The translations under genes were made by a program, and so were the position numbers. From Desulfotalea psychrophila LSv54 (lineage in GTDB: Bacteria > Desulfobacterota > Desulfobulbia > Desulfobulbales > Desulfocapsaceae): DNA of 32,000 nucleotides. Of the stretch, positions 18,952 through 28,018 are shown piece after piece. The stretch is taken from contig NC_006138.1 of assembly GCF_000025945.1 (NCBI RefSeq), positions 2,040,001 to 2,072,000 on the forward strand. Reading direction: 5' to 3'. The notes beneath the pieces were generated by a model. That model made no database searches. It saw nothing but the letters and a program-made list of their open reading frames with translations, and had not been told where the DNA came from. Positions within the stretch are counted from its first letter, which is position 1. Every line of letters starts with the position of its first letter.

Positions 18952-20454
18952 ATGATTGTTGACAACGATTTACTCTCCGTTCAAGAGGCCAGAATTCTGG
19001 TTGAGGATGCTTTTGAAGCCCAAAAGAAATTGGCAACATTCTCCCAGGAAAAGCTGGATGAGATTGTTGAAGGTATGACCCGGGCTGTTGAAGGTCAGCT
19101 TCGGGATCTTGCCCAGATGTCTCAAGAAGAAACCGAAATTGGCAAATGGCAGGACAAGCATATCAAGAACAGCTTTGTCTGTAGCTATAGCCGTAGCCAT
19201 CTGCGCTATATGCACTGTGTTGGTGTTATTGGTGAAGACCCGATGAACGCCATCACCGAGATAGGGGTCCCCATTGGGGTTATTGTATCCACCTGCCCTG
19301 AGACAAGCCCTGTCTCTACAGCTATATATAATACACTTATTGCCATTAAGTCCGGCAATGCCATCATCTTCTCTCCCCATCCCAGAGCCCGACAGAGTAT
19401 TGGCAAAACCCTGGATATTATGAGAGAGGCGGCTCAGGCCCATGGGCTTCCCGAGGGCTGTCTGGCTTATTTGCAGACCGTAGATCATAGTGGTCTTCTG
19501 GAGTTGATGAACCATGACTGCACCTCACTTCTTCTTATTGGTGGAGATGAAATCTTACTGCAGACCGCAGCTGGCACAGGTAAAACCATCATCTATGGTG
19601 GTACCGGAAACGGACCGGCCTTTATAGAACGCTCGGCCGATATTGAACAGGCGGCACGAGATATCATTGCCAGCAAATCCTTTGATAATGGTATTGCCCC
19701 GGCGGCAGAACAGTCTCTGGTGGTGGATGCTCCGGTGGCAGAAGATGTACGTCGGGCAATGAAGAGAAATGGGGCATATTTTATGTCCGAGCAGGAGGCT
19801 AGTCAGCTCGTTCAGATATTTTTTACCTCCGCCGGCAAGCATAAAAAGGGAGTTGTTGGTATCTCGGCTCAGAGGCTTGCCCAACGGGCCGGTTTTATCG
19901 TGCCTGCAGACGTGACCCTCCTCGTGGCTGAGCGTAAATATGTCTCCGAAGCCGATCCCTACTATCGTGCCTTTCTTGCCCCCGTTCTTGCCATGTATGT
20001 GGAAGAGGACTGGATGGATGCCTGTGAAAAATGTATAGAACTTCTTCTCTATGAGAAAAAGGCCCACTCTCTGGTTATTCACTCTTGCAATAAAGAGATT
20101 ATTCATCAGTTCGCCCTGAAAAAACCGGTGGCCAGACTCTTGGTGAACACCCCGGGAGCCTTTGGTGGCATGGGTGCAACGACCAACCTCTTTCCCTCTA
20201 TGATGCTGGGAAGCTCCTCCGCTGGACACGGTGTTACCTCTGACAATGTCTCACCCTTAAATCTTATCTATAGGAGAAAGGTGGGCTATCAGGTCAGAAG
20301 TATGGAGGAAGTAAAAAAAACAATAATGGTCGAGGAACCCCTTCGCCATGTGAGCAGTACCCCGATAGAAAGTAATGATTCAGTGACGGTGGAGGTAATA
20401 CATCAAATCCTGAAGAAGGCGATTAAGACCATAAATGACCCCGCCGCTCATTGA
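18952..20454 (+). CDS. CoA-acylating aldehyde dehydrogenase homologue, predicted to lack the catalytic cysteine
   Basis: ALDH motifs ...VIVSTCPETSPVSTAIYNTLIAIKSGNAIIFSPHPRA..., GKTIIYGGTGNGPAFIERSADIEQAARDI; at the expected nucleophile region it reads FDNGIAPAAEQSLVV. A second Leu-rich C-terminal region ends LNLIYRRKVGYQVR. Confidence 0.87.
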   Translation: MIVDNDLLSVQEARILVEDAFEAQKKLATFSQEKLDEIVEGMTRAVEGQLRDLAQMSQEETEIGKWQDKHIKNSFVCSYSRSHLRYMHCVGVIGEDPMNAITEIGVPIGVIVSTCPETSPVSTAIYNTLIAIKSGNAIIFSPHPRARQSIGKTLDIMREAAQAHGLPEGCLAYLQTVDHSGLLELMNHDCTSLLLIGGDEILLQTAAGTGKTIIYGGTGNGPAFIERSADIEQAARDIIASKSFDNGIAPAAEQSLVVDAPVAEDVRRAMKRNGAYFMSEQEASQLVQIFFTSAGKHKKGVVGISAQRLAQRAGFIVPADVTLLVAERKYVSEADPYYRAFLAPVLAMYVEEDWMDACEKCIELLLYEKKAHSLVIHSCNKEIIHQFALKKPVARLLVNTPGAFGGMGATTNLFPSMMLGSSSAGHGVTSDNVSPLNLIYRRKVGYQVRSMEEVKKTIMVEEPLRHVSSTPIESNDSVTVEVIHQILKKAIKTINDPAAH

Positions 20455-20478
20455 TATCCCTTAGATGGAGGAAGCAAA

Positions 20479-23019
20479 TTGGATCTTCAAAGTTTTTCTG
20501 AAAAACTCATAGTAGCAACCAAAAACCTTAATGCTGCGGAGCGCGCCTCCCTGAAAAAGATCTTCGATGGTGATTCCACCGAGATTGCAGAGGACAAGAA
20601 TGTGCCATCGGCTCATCTCTCTGTAGACCCATGTGCTATACCCAATGGGCCTACTGATCGACATATAAAGCTTAAGAAAAAATTCCTTACTCACGTGCCC
20701 ACCATCACCACCCATCGGGCTCGGGCCATCACCAAGATTGCTCAGGAAAACCCAGGATTGCCCAAGGCTATTCTGCGCGGTAAATCCTTTAAGTACTGTT
20801 GTGAAACGGCACCCCTGGTAATCCAGGATAATGAGCTCATCGTTGGTTCTCCCTGCGGTGCTCCCCGGGCCGGTGCCTTCTCGCCAGATATCGCTTGGCG
20901 CTGGGTTAAGGATGAACTTGATACCATCGGCACTCGTCCTCAGGATCCCTTCTTTATCTCCGAAGAGGATAAAAAGATCATGCGCGAAGAGCTCTTCCCC
21001 TTCTGGGAAGGCCGATCCATTGATGAGTATTGTGAGCAGCAGTACCGCGAAGCGGGTATGTGGGAACTCTCCGGTGAATCCTATGTTACCGATTGCTCTT
21101 ATCACGCCACAAATGGCGGTGGTGATTCTAATCCTGGCTACGATGTAATCCTGATGAAAAAGGGTATGCTTGATATCGTCAGGGAGTCTCAGGAGAAGTT
21201 GGCCGAACTGGATTATGAAAATCCCGATGATATGGATAAGATCTATTTTTATAAGTCTCTTATCGATACCGCAGAAGGGGTAATGATCTACGCCAAGCGT
21301 CTCTCTGACTATGCGGCCCAATTGGCAGCCAGTGAGAAAGATCCCCAGCGTAAGGCAGAACTTGAGAAGATCTCAGCTGTAAACGCCCGGGTTCCTGCTC
21401 ATAAGCCCGAGACCTATTGGGAGGCTATTCAGGCAGTCTGGACCGTTGAATCTCTTCTTATCGTTGAAGAGAATCAGACAGGCATGTCCATTGGTCGTGT
21501 TGATCAGTATATGTACCCATTTTATAAGGCAGATATTGAAGCAGGACGCATGACCGAGTATGAGGCCTTTGATCTCTCCGGTTGTCTGCTGGTGAAATGT
21601 TCCGAGATGATGTGGATCACCAGTGAGGATGCCTCCAAGTTCTTCGCTGGCTATCAACCCTTCGTCAATATGTGCCTGGGCGGGGTGACCCGCGAGGGTC
21701 TTGATGCCACCAATGATCTTACCTACCTCCTTATGGATGCCGTTCGTCATGTTAAGGTTTATCAACCCTCTGTGTCCACCCGTGTTCATAACCAATCTCC
21801 TCAGAAGTATCTGAAGAAGATTGTGGATGTGATTCGTGCCGGCATGGGCTTTCCCGCCATCCACTTCGACGATGCCCATATTAAGATAATGCTGGCCAAG
21901 GGCTGCTCCATTGAAGATTCCCGTGATTATTGCCTCATGGGTTGCGTAGAGCCTCAGAAGTCTGGTCGTCTCTATCAGTGGACTTCCACCGCCTACACCC
22001 AGTGGCCCATCTGTATTGAGATGGCTCTCAACCACGGAGTGCCTCTCTGGTACGGCAAGCAGGTCTGTCCTGATCTTGGCGCCCTGGAGTCCTTTGATAC
22101 CTATGAGAAATTTGACGCGGCCGTTAAGGAGCAGATCAAGTATGTGACCAAGTGGACCAGTGTCGGTACCGTTATTTCCCAACGCATTCACCGGGATCTG
22201 GCTCCTAAACCTCTTATGTCTATGATGTACGAGGGTTGTATGGAGTCCGGTAAAGATGTCTCGGCAGGCGGTGCTATGTATAACTTTGGCCCCGGTGTTG
22301 TCTGGAGTGGCCTTGCCACCCATGCCGACTCCATGGCAGCTATTAAAAAACTGGTCTTTGATGACAAGAAGTACAGCTTGACCCAGCTTAATGAAGCCCT
22401 AAAGGCCGAGTTTAAGGGCTATGACCAGCTGAAGGCCGATTGTCTTGCCGCTCCTAAGTTTGGTAACGATGACGATTACGCTGATCTTATCGTTAATGAT
22501 CTGGTGAACTTCACCGAGCGGGAGCATCGTAAGTTTAAGACCCTCTATTCGGTTTTGAGCCATGGTACCCTCTCCATCTCTAATAATACGCCATTTGGTC
22601 AACTCCTTGGTGCTTCAGCCAATGGTCGTGATGCCTGGATGCCCCTCTCCGATGGTATCAGCCCTACCCAGGGTGCTGACTTTAAGGGGCCCACCGCCAT
22701 CATTAAGTCCGTATCGAAAATGCCCACCGATAGCATGAACATCGGTATGGTGCATAACTTCAAGCTGATGTCCGGTCTTTTGGATACACCCGAAGGTGAG
22801 AACGGTATCATCACCCTGATCCGTACTGCCAGTATGATGGGTAACGGTGAGATGCAGTTTAACTATCTCGATAATGACACCCTGCTTGATGCTCAGTTAC
22901 ATCCTGAAAAGTATCGTGATCTGGTGGTTCGGGTTGCCGGTTACAGTGCCTTTTTTGTTGAGCTGTGCAAGGATGTACAGGATGAAATTATCAGCAGAAC
23001 CATGTTGACTGAAATTTAG
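20479..23019 (+). CDS. cutC: Choline trimethylamine-lyase (glycyl radical enzyme), 846 aa
   Basis: [20 protein letters not shown] (Cys489, Glu491, Thr502, Tyr506), glycyl radical loop RVAGYSAFF (Gly821), Tyr208, Asp216 and Phe395 all fall at the positions reported for Desulfovibrio CutC. Confidence 0.95.
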   Translation: MDLQSFSEKLIVATKNLNAAERASLKKIFDGDSTEIAEDKNVPSAHLSVDPCAIPNGPTDRHIKLKKKFLTHVPTITTHRARAITKIAQENPGLPKAILRGKSFKYCCETAPLVIQDNELIVGSPCGAPRAGAFSPDIAWRWVKDELDTIGTRPQDPFFISEEDKKIMREELFPFWEGRSIDEYCEQQYREAGMWELSGESYVTDCSYHATNGGGDSNPGYDVILMKKGMLDIVRESQEKLAELDYENPDDMDKIYFYKSLIDTAEGVMIYAKRLSDYAAQLAASEKDPQRKAELEKISAVNARVPAHKPETYWEAIQAVWTVESLLIVEENQTGMSIGRVDQYMYPFYKADIEAGRMTEYEAFDLSGCLLVKCSEMMWITSEDASKFFAGYQPFVNMCLGGVTREGLDATNDLTYLLMDAVRHVKVYQPSVSTRVHNQSPQKYLKKIVDVIRAGMGFPAIHFDDAHIKIMLAKGCSIEDSRDYCLMGCVEPQKSGRLYQWTSTAYTQWPICIEMALNHGVPLWYGKQVCPDLGALESFDTYEKFDAAVKEQIKYVTKWTSVGTVISQRIHRDLAPKPLMSMMYEGCMESGKDVSAGGAMYNFGPGVVWSGLATHADSMAAIKKLVFDDKKYSLTQLNEALKAEFKGYDQLKADCLAAPKFGNDDDYADLIVNDLVNFTEREHRKFKTLYSVLSHGTLSISNNTPFGQLLGASANGRDAWMPLSDGISPTQGADFKGPTAIIKSVSKMPTDSMNIGMVHNFKLMSGLLDTPEGENGIITLIRTASMMGNGEMQFNYLDNDTLLDAQLHPEKYRDLVVRVAGYSAFFVELCKDVQDEIISRTMLTEI

Positions 23020-23067
23020 GCTTTTATCCCCTCTTAGGGCAGATATTTAAGACGAAGAGAGTGTATC

Positions 23068-24000
23068 GTGGCAGAAAGAAAAGCACATATATTTAATATC
23101 CAAAAGTATAATATGTACGATGGCCCCGGGGTGAGAACCCTGGTCTTTTTCAAAGGGTGCCCTCTTCGTTGCCTGTGGTGCTCGAATCCCGAAGGACAAC
23201 TGCGCCAGCCTCAGGTTTTGCTGAAGCAGGATCGCTGTATTGACTGCGGTGACTGTGTCCCGGTTTGTCCCGTTGGCATTCATCGTCTCCTGCCTGGTAG
23301 TAAAAAGCATGAGATAAATCAGAAGATAGAGTGCATAGGCTGTGGGAAGTGTGAGGCGGCTTGCAAGCAGGGGGCCCTTGCCATCACCGGTGGTTTGCAG
23401 ACTATCTCTCAGTTGCTTGAGGTGATTGAAGAGGATAGGCCCTTCTACGAGATGTCTGGTGGAGGGGTTACCCTTGGCGGAGGTGAGGTGTTGATGCAAC
23501 CGAAGGCTGCGGCAAGTCTTTTGATGAGCTGTAAGCAGAGGGGAATTAATACCGCCATTGAAACCTGTGGCTATGCCCGTCCCGAGGTGATCAAGAGTGT
23601 TGCGGAGTTTACAGATCTCTTTCTTTTTGATATCAAACATATGAACTCGGAAAGACACCGCGAACTGACCGGGGTGCGTAATGAGCTTATTCTCAGCAAT
23701 GTCCAGTGGCTTCTGGAAAACCGATTTAACGTCCGGATCAGGGTACCGGTTCTGAGAGGAGTTAATGACGGTGAGACGGAACTGGCTCAGCTGATAGATT
23801 TTCTCCGGCCATATCTTGGCTTGAAGAATTTCAAGGGAGTTGATATTCTCCCCTATCATAAAATGGGTGTTAATAAATACAGGCAGTTGGGCTGGGACTA
23901 TCCCATCGAGGGTCCCGTTGAACTAAATACTGCTGATCTGGAACGTATTGAGAGCTATTTTAAACTAAATAATTTTCCGGTATCGGTGATTCAGCACTGA
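23068..24000 (+). CDS. cutD: Glycyl radical enzyme activase (choline TMA-lyase activating enzyme), GTG start
   Basis: Radical SAM GCPLRCLWCSNPEGQ plus two ferredoxin-type clusters (CIDCGDCVPVCP, CIGCGKCEAAC), YDGPGVRTLVFFKGC; immediately downstream of cutC. Confidence 0.94.
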   Translation: MAERKAHIFNIQKYNMYDGPGVRTLVFFKGCPLRCLWCSNPEGQLRQPQVLLKQDRCIDCGDCVPVCPVGIHRLLPGSKKHEINQKIECIGCGKCEAACKQGALAITGGLQTISQLLEVIEEDRPFYEMSGGGVTLGGGEVLMQPKAAASLLMSCKQRGINTAIETCGYARPEVIKSVAEFTDLFLFDIKHMNSERHRELTGVRNELILSNVQWLLENRFNVRIRVPVLRGVNDGETELAQLIDFLRPYLGLKNFKGVDILPYHKMGVNKYRQLGWDYPIEGPVELNTADLERIESYFKLNNFPVSVIQH

Positions 24001-24021
24001 TGTCAGGGCTGACCTTATCTG

Positions 24022-24609
24022 TTGCAAAATAGGGGAAATATGAAGAAGAATCAGGAAATTGATACATTAGGTGTTGTTGAGTCAGCAACCATTGCTGCCG
24101 GGGTGGCCCTGACGGACACCATGTTAAAGGTTGCCGATGTTGAGTTGCTTCAGGCCACGACCATCTGCTCCGGTAGATATATGATCTATATTTCCGGCGA
24201 TTGTGCTGCGGTTACTGCTGCGGTTCAGGCAGCAGAAGGGTCGGGGCGTAAAATACTCGGTAGCTATGTCCTCTCAAACGTTTCCCCTGAACTGGTCAGC
24301 TTTTTGCGTAAGGGGACCGTCGTTAAAGAGGTTGAATCCCTAGCCGTTGTTGAATGCCGCAATGTCTCTTCTGGCATTGCCGCCGCCGATAAGGCCCTGA
24401 AGAGTTCCGCAGTCTGTTTGGCTCGACTGGTTACAGGTCAGGGGATTAACGGTAAATCGTATTTTGTTATCAGCGGAGATGTTGCCTCCGTTGGAGAAGC
24501 GGCAAAGGTCGCAGAGTCCGTTTTGGGCAAAAATCTTATCGAGGTAGTTATTATCCCCCAACCCCACGCCTCGGTGGTAAGGTCTCTGGTAAAAGGGGTG
24601 AGGTTATAG
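24022..24609 (+). CDS. Tandem-domain BMC shell protein, PduT-like
   Basis: TLGVVESATIAAGVALTDTMLKVADVELLQATTICSGRYMIYISGD... and ESLAVVECRNVSSGIAAADKALKSSAVCLARLVTGQGINGKSYFVISGDV...IPQPH. Confidence 0.9.
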   Translation: MQNRGNMKKNQEIDTLGVVESATIAAGVALTDTMLKVADVELLQATTICSGRYMIYISGDCAAVTAAVQAAEGSGRKILGSYVLSNVSPELVSFLRKGTVVKEVESLAVVECRNVSSGIAAADKALKSSAVCLARLVTGQGINGKSYFVISGDVASVGEAAKVAESVLGKNLIEVVIIPQPHASVVRSLVKGVRL

Positions 24610-24969
24610 ATGAAGAAAAAACTTGTTGAAGCGAGCAATGTAGAGTCCTATCTGTGCGAAAATGGCACTAAGATTTATATTGATAAGAGCATGGTCTTAA
24701 CTCCGGGCGCCCGAGATGTATTGAATGGCAGAAGAGTTGAATTTATCTATGGAGAGCGGCCGGGCTCTGAAGGCTCTCTTGCGACGATCCTGAAGGGCTG
24801 TGCCTCAGCAAATGCCTTTTCGGCAGTTGCCGGCAATGAAAATGGCGATTATGAAAAGTTTGTCCTGGGTATAGGGGCAATGCTTAAAGACTCTTATGGG
24901 ATTGTCGATCCTGCTGAGCGGAAGAGATACACCAAGAGGGCCATCCAGATAATCAAAGAGAATATCTAG
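24610..24969 (+). CDS. Small protein resembling the N-terminal region of EutQ/EutT
   Basis: VESYLCENGTKIYIDKSMVLTPGARDVLNGRRVEFIYG resembles the start of ethanolamine-utilisation EutQ/EutT proteins; starts immediately after the preceding BMC gene. Confidence 0.6.
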   Translation: MKKKLVEASNVESYLCENGTKIYIDKSMVLTPGARDVLNGRRVEFIYGERPGSEGSLATILKGCASANAFSAVAGNENGDYEKFVLGIGAMLKDSYGIVDPAERKRYTKRAIQIIKENI

Positions 24970-25031
24970 GCCTCTTTTGTCGTTGATGCAAAAAGAGACA
25001 ATTGCCCATTTAAAAGTGAAAACAGCCAGCC

Positions 25032-25391
25032 ATGTCTGAAATATCAAGAGAGCCAAAACAGCGAATTATTCAAGAGTATGTCCCGGGAAAGCAGATCAGC
25101 CTTGCCCATCTCATTGCCAGCCCCGATAAGAGCATCTATCTTAAACTGGGCTTGGATGAGGAGGCCAGCGGGGCCCTTGGGGTACTGACCATAACCCCGA
25201 GCGAGGGGGTTATCGTTGCCTCGGATATTGCCACCAAGGCGGCCTCTGTTGAGATTGGCTTTCTTGATAGGTTTGGCGGTTCACTTCTCCTCCTCGGTGA
25301 TGTGGGTGGTGTCGATGCTGCCCTGCAGGCGGTTTTGGATTATTTTGGTAATACCCTGCACTATTCGGTGGTGGAGATGACCCGGACCTAA
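25032..25391 (+). CDS. BMC shell protein, EutS/PduU family
   Basis: RIIQEYVPGKQISLAHLIASPDKSIYLKLGL...GALGVLTITPSEGVIVASDIATKAASVEIGFLDRFGGSLLLLGDVGGVDAAL... closely resembles EutS. Confidence 0.93.
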   Translation: MSEISREPKQRIIQEYVPGKQISLAHLIASPDKSIYLKLGLDEEASGALGVLTITPSEGVIVASDIATKAASVEIGFLDRFGGSLLLLGDVGGVDAALQAVLDYFGNTLHYSVVEMTRT

Positions 25392-25476
25392 GAGTCTGTT
25401 ACAAAATAAGATGGCCCGAAGCTGAGATGCAAGATGTTCATGTTATTTTTGCCAGGCCCTAGGGGTTAGAATCACA

Positions 25477-25897
25477 ATGAAAAAAATGATGCTGATAGGC
25501 GAGACTCATGCCGGTAAGAGTTCTCTGATCAAGGCCCTCTCCGGGCAGGAGTTTCAGCCTCGCAGGGCCATGGCCCTGCAGTACTTTGGCCCCTTTATCA
25601 ACACTCCGGGAGAGTTTATAGAAAACCACTTTTTCTTTCCCGCCCTGATAACCACCTCGGCTGACTGTCATGTCCTGGCCATGGTTCAGGATGCAAGTAG
25701 CCGGAGCAGTCTCTTTCCACCCCTCTTGCCTCGATGTTCAACCGCAGGGGGTCGGGCTGATCACCAAGATTGACAGTCCCCATGCCAATGTCGAGCGAGC
25801 CAAACTCTTCTTAAAAAACGCCGGTATCAAAGAGACTCTCTGCTGTAGCAGTATAACGGGGGCCGGATTGGAAGAGATTCGTCAGCTGATCCAGTAG
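25477..25897 (+). pseudogene. EutP/PduV-like GTPase split by an apparent frameshift
   Basis: Frame 1: KKMMLIGETHAGKSSLIKALSGQEFQPRRAMALQYFGPFINTPGEF...HVLAMVQDASSRSSLF; frame 2 continues GVGLITKIDSPHANVERAKLFLKNAGIKETLCCSSITGAGLEEIRQLIQ*. Together they cover the EutP fold; a one-nt (+1) shift is needed around 25705-25740. Confidence 0.8.
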
Positions 25898-26050
25898 TCC
25901 TTCCTTCCCTCGGTAGTTAGCACTACCCTTTCCACTACAGAGGGCTTGCGGTGGAGCCTATCTCGGTGGCGCTCTTATCGCCCACGCCTGCGTCCTCCCT
26001 CTTCTTTGCCCACTGCGCCTGTTTCTAATTGTTTGATTAAAATGACAGCC

Positions 26051-26140
26051 ATTTTGTCACAGAAAATGTAACAACTTAAATCAATAATATTAATTAATTA
26101 TACCAGTTCGACGTTTTTTTCTGATAAAGAAAGTGTAATA
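26051..26140 (-). repeat. Imperfect direct repeat, copy A (partner 27521-27610)
   Basis: 90 nt alignable without gaps to 27521-27610, 73/90 identical by eye, with two conserved blocks and a diverged middle. Confidence 0.8.
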
Positions 26141-26388
26141 ATTTTTATCTTGGCTAAGAGGCTATCGGCTGTAGAGGTTCCTAGCTTTTTTCTAGCGAGG
26201 TGAGAGCTGTTCTCTGGCCTCTGCCACTTTCTTGAGAGAAGGGTGCTGAGACGGTATTTTCTTTATTTCACATATAATATCGACGTATGCTGAAAATCTA
26301 ATGGCACCAATGTTATTTGTAATGACCCTTACCTGTGGTGCAGTTGCTGTATGTGGCGCTTCCGGCTGAACCTCTTTCCTTCCTCTAC

Positions 26389-27510
26389 TTAACCTAGAGC
26401 TCGATAGTTGAGTTCATATTTCTTGGCATCATCTTCCTTAAGAAGATTCTTTTCTAACAGTTTTTTGATATCCCTTCTGGCTGTCTGTTCGCTCGCCTTT
26501 TGGTAGAGAATTTTAAAGGGATAGTTGTCCATCAGGTCTTTAAGGGTAAAGGCAATGGGATTATCCAGCAGTAAAGAGAGCAGGGCAAACTGTCTTTTGC
26601 TTATTGCCCTGTTTTTCTGTTCATGGGTGTAAAAATCTCTTAGGGCAAATCTTCTGATCAGAAAGGTTATTGACTCTTTTATATCCATGAGGCTTTCCAC
26701 TACCCCTTCAAGCATAAACTGGATAAAGGGGGTGACATCTTTTCTGTTTTTAATGCTTTTGGAAAATGCTGCATAGTAATCATCTACATTTCGATAGTAG
26801 TAGTTTGAGAGTTCTTTCGGAACGTATTTTATATTGGCAGAATGGAGAAGGCATGATTCAAGAAATCTGGCAGTTCTGCCATTGCCATCCCAAAAAGGAT
26901 GGATGAGGCAGAGATGATAATGGGCCAGTGCTGCCCTGAGAAAGGGGTTGAGACCTAAAATTTCTTCGCTGTTGAGCCAGGCCACGAACTCTTTCATGAG
27001 CATTTTTACATCTGCCAGTATTTTAGGTGGTCTGTATACGCCACCGTGCCCTTTGTCGCCGACAATAACCTCACCATTTCTATAGGCCCCTGGAATATTG
27101 TACTCATGTGGAATTTCCGTGGTAATGATCCTATGCATGGTTTTGATAAAATCTTCACTAACAATCAGGGGGCCATTTTGAGGCTCCATCTCCGAGAGTA
27201 TCTGGTATAGGGAGAGTAGGTTTTTGATCTCCTGCTTATCCTTTTGGGTGTAGAGAGGCATCTCTTCACCGGCCGCGATCTTTTTGACCCCCTCCTCTTC
27301 AATGGGATTTCCCTCAATCATGGCTGTTCCGGAAATAGAGCTATACATGATCTTTGGATCCAGCCTTGCCGACATTCCGGGAAGAATTGGCAGATCCGTG
27401 ACGGTCTCATAGAGCAGATTGGCCTTAAAGAGCAGGTTATCGACTATGACCATCTCTGTTTCGTGGCAAAAATAAAACTTCCCTGATTTATAGGTTAAAA
27501 TGTCTTTCAT
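26389..27510 (-). CDS. Fic/DOC-family protein, probable AMP transferase
   Basis: Fic motif HPFWDGNGRTAR; N-terminal inhibitory-helix motif TAMIEG; C-terminal winged-helix-like region. Start at Met 27510 has RBS agagGGcaaaATG; the longer ORF to 27762 runs through repeat DNA. Confidence 0.88.
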   Translation of the reverse strand: MKDILTYKSGKFYFCHETEMVIVDNLLFKANLLYETVTDLPILPGMSARLDPKIMYSSISGTAMIEGNPIEEEGVKKIAAGEEMPLYTQKDKQEIKNLLSLYQILSEMEPQNGPLIVSEDFIKTMHRIITTEIPHEYNIPGAYRNGEVIVGDKGHGGVYRPPKILADVKMLMKEFVAWLNSEEILGLNPFLRAALAHYHLCLIHPFWDGNGRTARFLESCLLHSANIKYVPKELSNYYYRNVDDYYAAFSKSIKNRKDVTPFIQFMLEGVVESLMDIKESITFLIRRFALRDFYTHEQKNRAISKRQFALLSLLLDNPIAFTLKDLMDNYPFKILYQKASEQTARRDIKKLLEKNLLKEDDAKKYELNYRALG

Positions 27511-27520
27511 TTTGCCCTCT

Positions 27521-27610
27521 CTTTTGTCATAGAAAATGTAACAACTTAAATCAATTATATTAATAGCTTGCAGTGTGCCGGCGTTTTTTTCTGATAAAGA
27601 AAATGTAACA
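27521..27610 (-). repeat. Imperfect direct repeat, copy B, covering the fic upstream region
   Basis: CTTTTGTCATAGAAAATGTAACAACTTAAATCAATTATATTAAT...GCGTTTTTTTCTGATAAAGAAAATGTAACA, ungapped match to 26051-26140. Confidence 0.8.
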
Positions 27611-27677
27611 ACTTTCGTCATGAAAGTAATCATCTTTTTTGTCCCCTCCTCGTAGCACTCGAATTTATCTTGGGAGC

Positions 27678-27694
27678 GCGGACGTCTCGTCCGC
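27678..27694. repeat. Hairpin GCGGAC-GTCTC-GTCCGC, possible dispersed intergenic repeat
   Basis: TGGGAGCGCGGACGTCTCGTCCGCAAAGCTTGCCATCCTG; 6 bp perfect arms. Confidence 0.5.
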
Positions 27695-28018
27695 AAAGCT
27701 TGCCATCCTGTAATGCCCAATTTGATTAGCCTAATTATTTCATCAAAGATGTTTTGGGGCAAGATTGAGCCAAGGGGGATTTAGTGGAGATGGAGAGTCT
27801 GATCGTCTTTGTTGGAGATTCAGGGGTTTTAATTTGCCTCGGCTTTTTTAGAGAAGATGGGCATGCTTTGCTTTGCCCATCCTACATCCTCGCCAGTGGC
27901 CAGATTCTGGCTTTAGGCATTAAACCGATAGGCATTTGCTATGCTGAATGAATCTAATCTCTACTTTTTTTGAAAAGGATATAGGGGGGTAGGCGGCTTG
28001 GCACCGTCCTCCGGACCT

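Noticed and set aside
19555-20229. 224-aa minus-strand ORF opposite the ALDH homologue
   Set aside because: Composition (many His/Gly/Arg) and position match an antisense shadow.
20461-22323. Minus-strand ORFs of 286 and 316 aa opposite cutC
   Set aside because: Long antisense frames are expected opposite highly codon-biased genes; cutC is certain on the sense strand.
23047-23859. 270-aa minus-strand ORF opposite cutD
   Set aside because: Shadow of a radical SAM activase with all cluster motifs on the sense strand.
27511-27762. N-terminal 84-aa extension of the Fic ORF (MPQNIFDEIIRLIKLG...)
   Set aside because: It translates the direct repeat and hairpin sequences; a well-placed RBS and Met exist at 27510.
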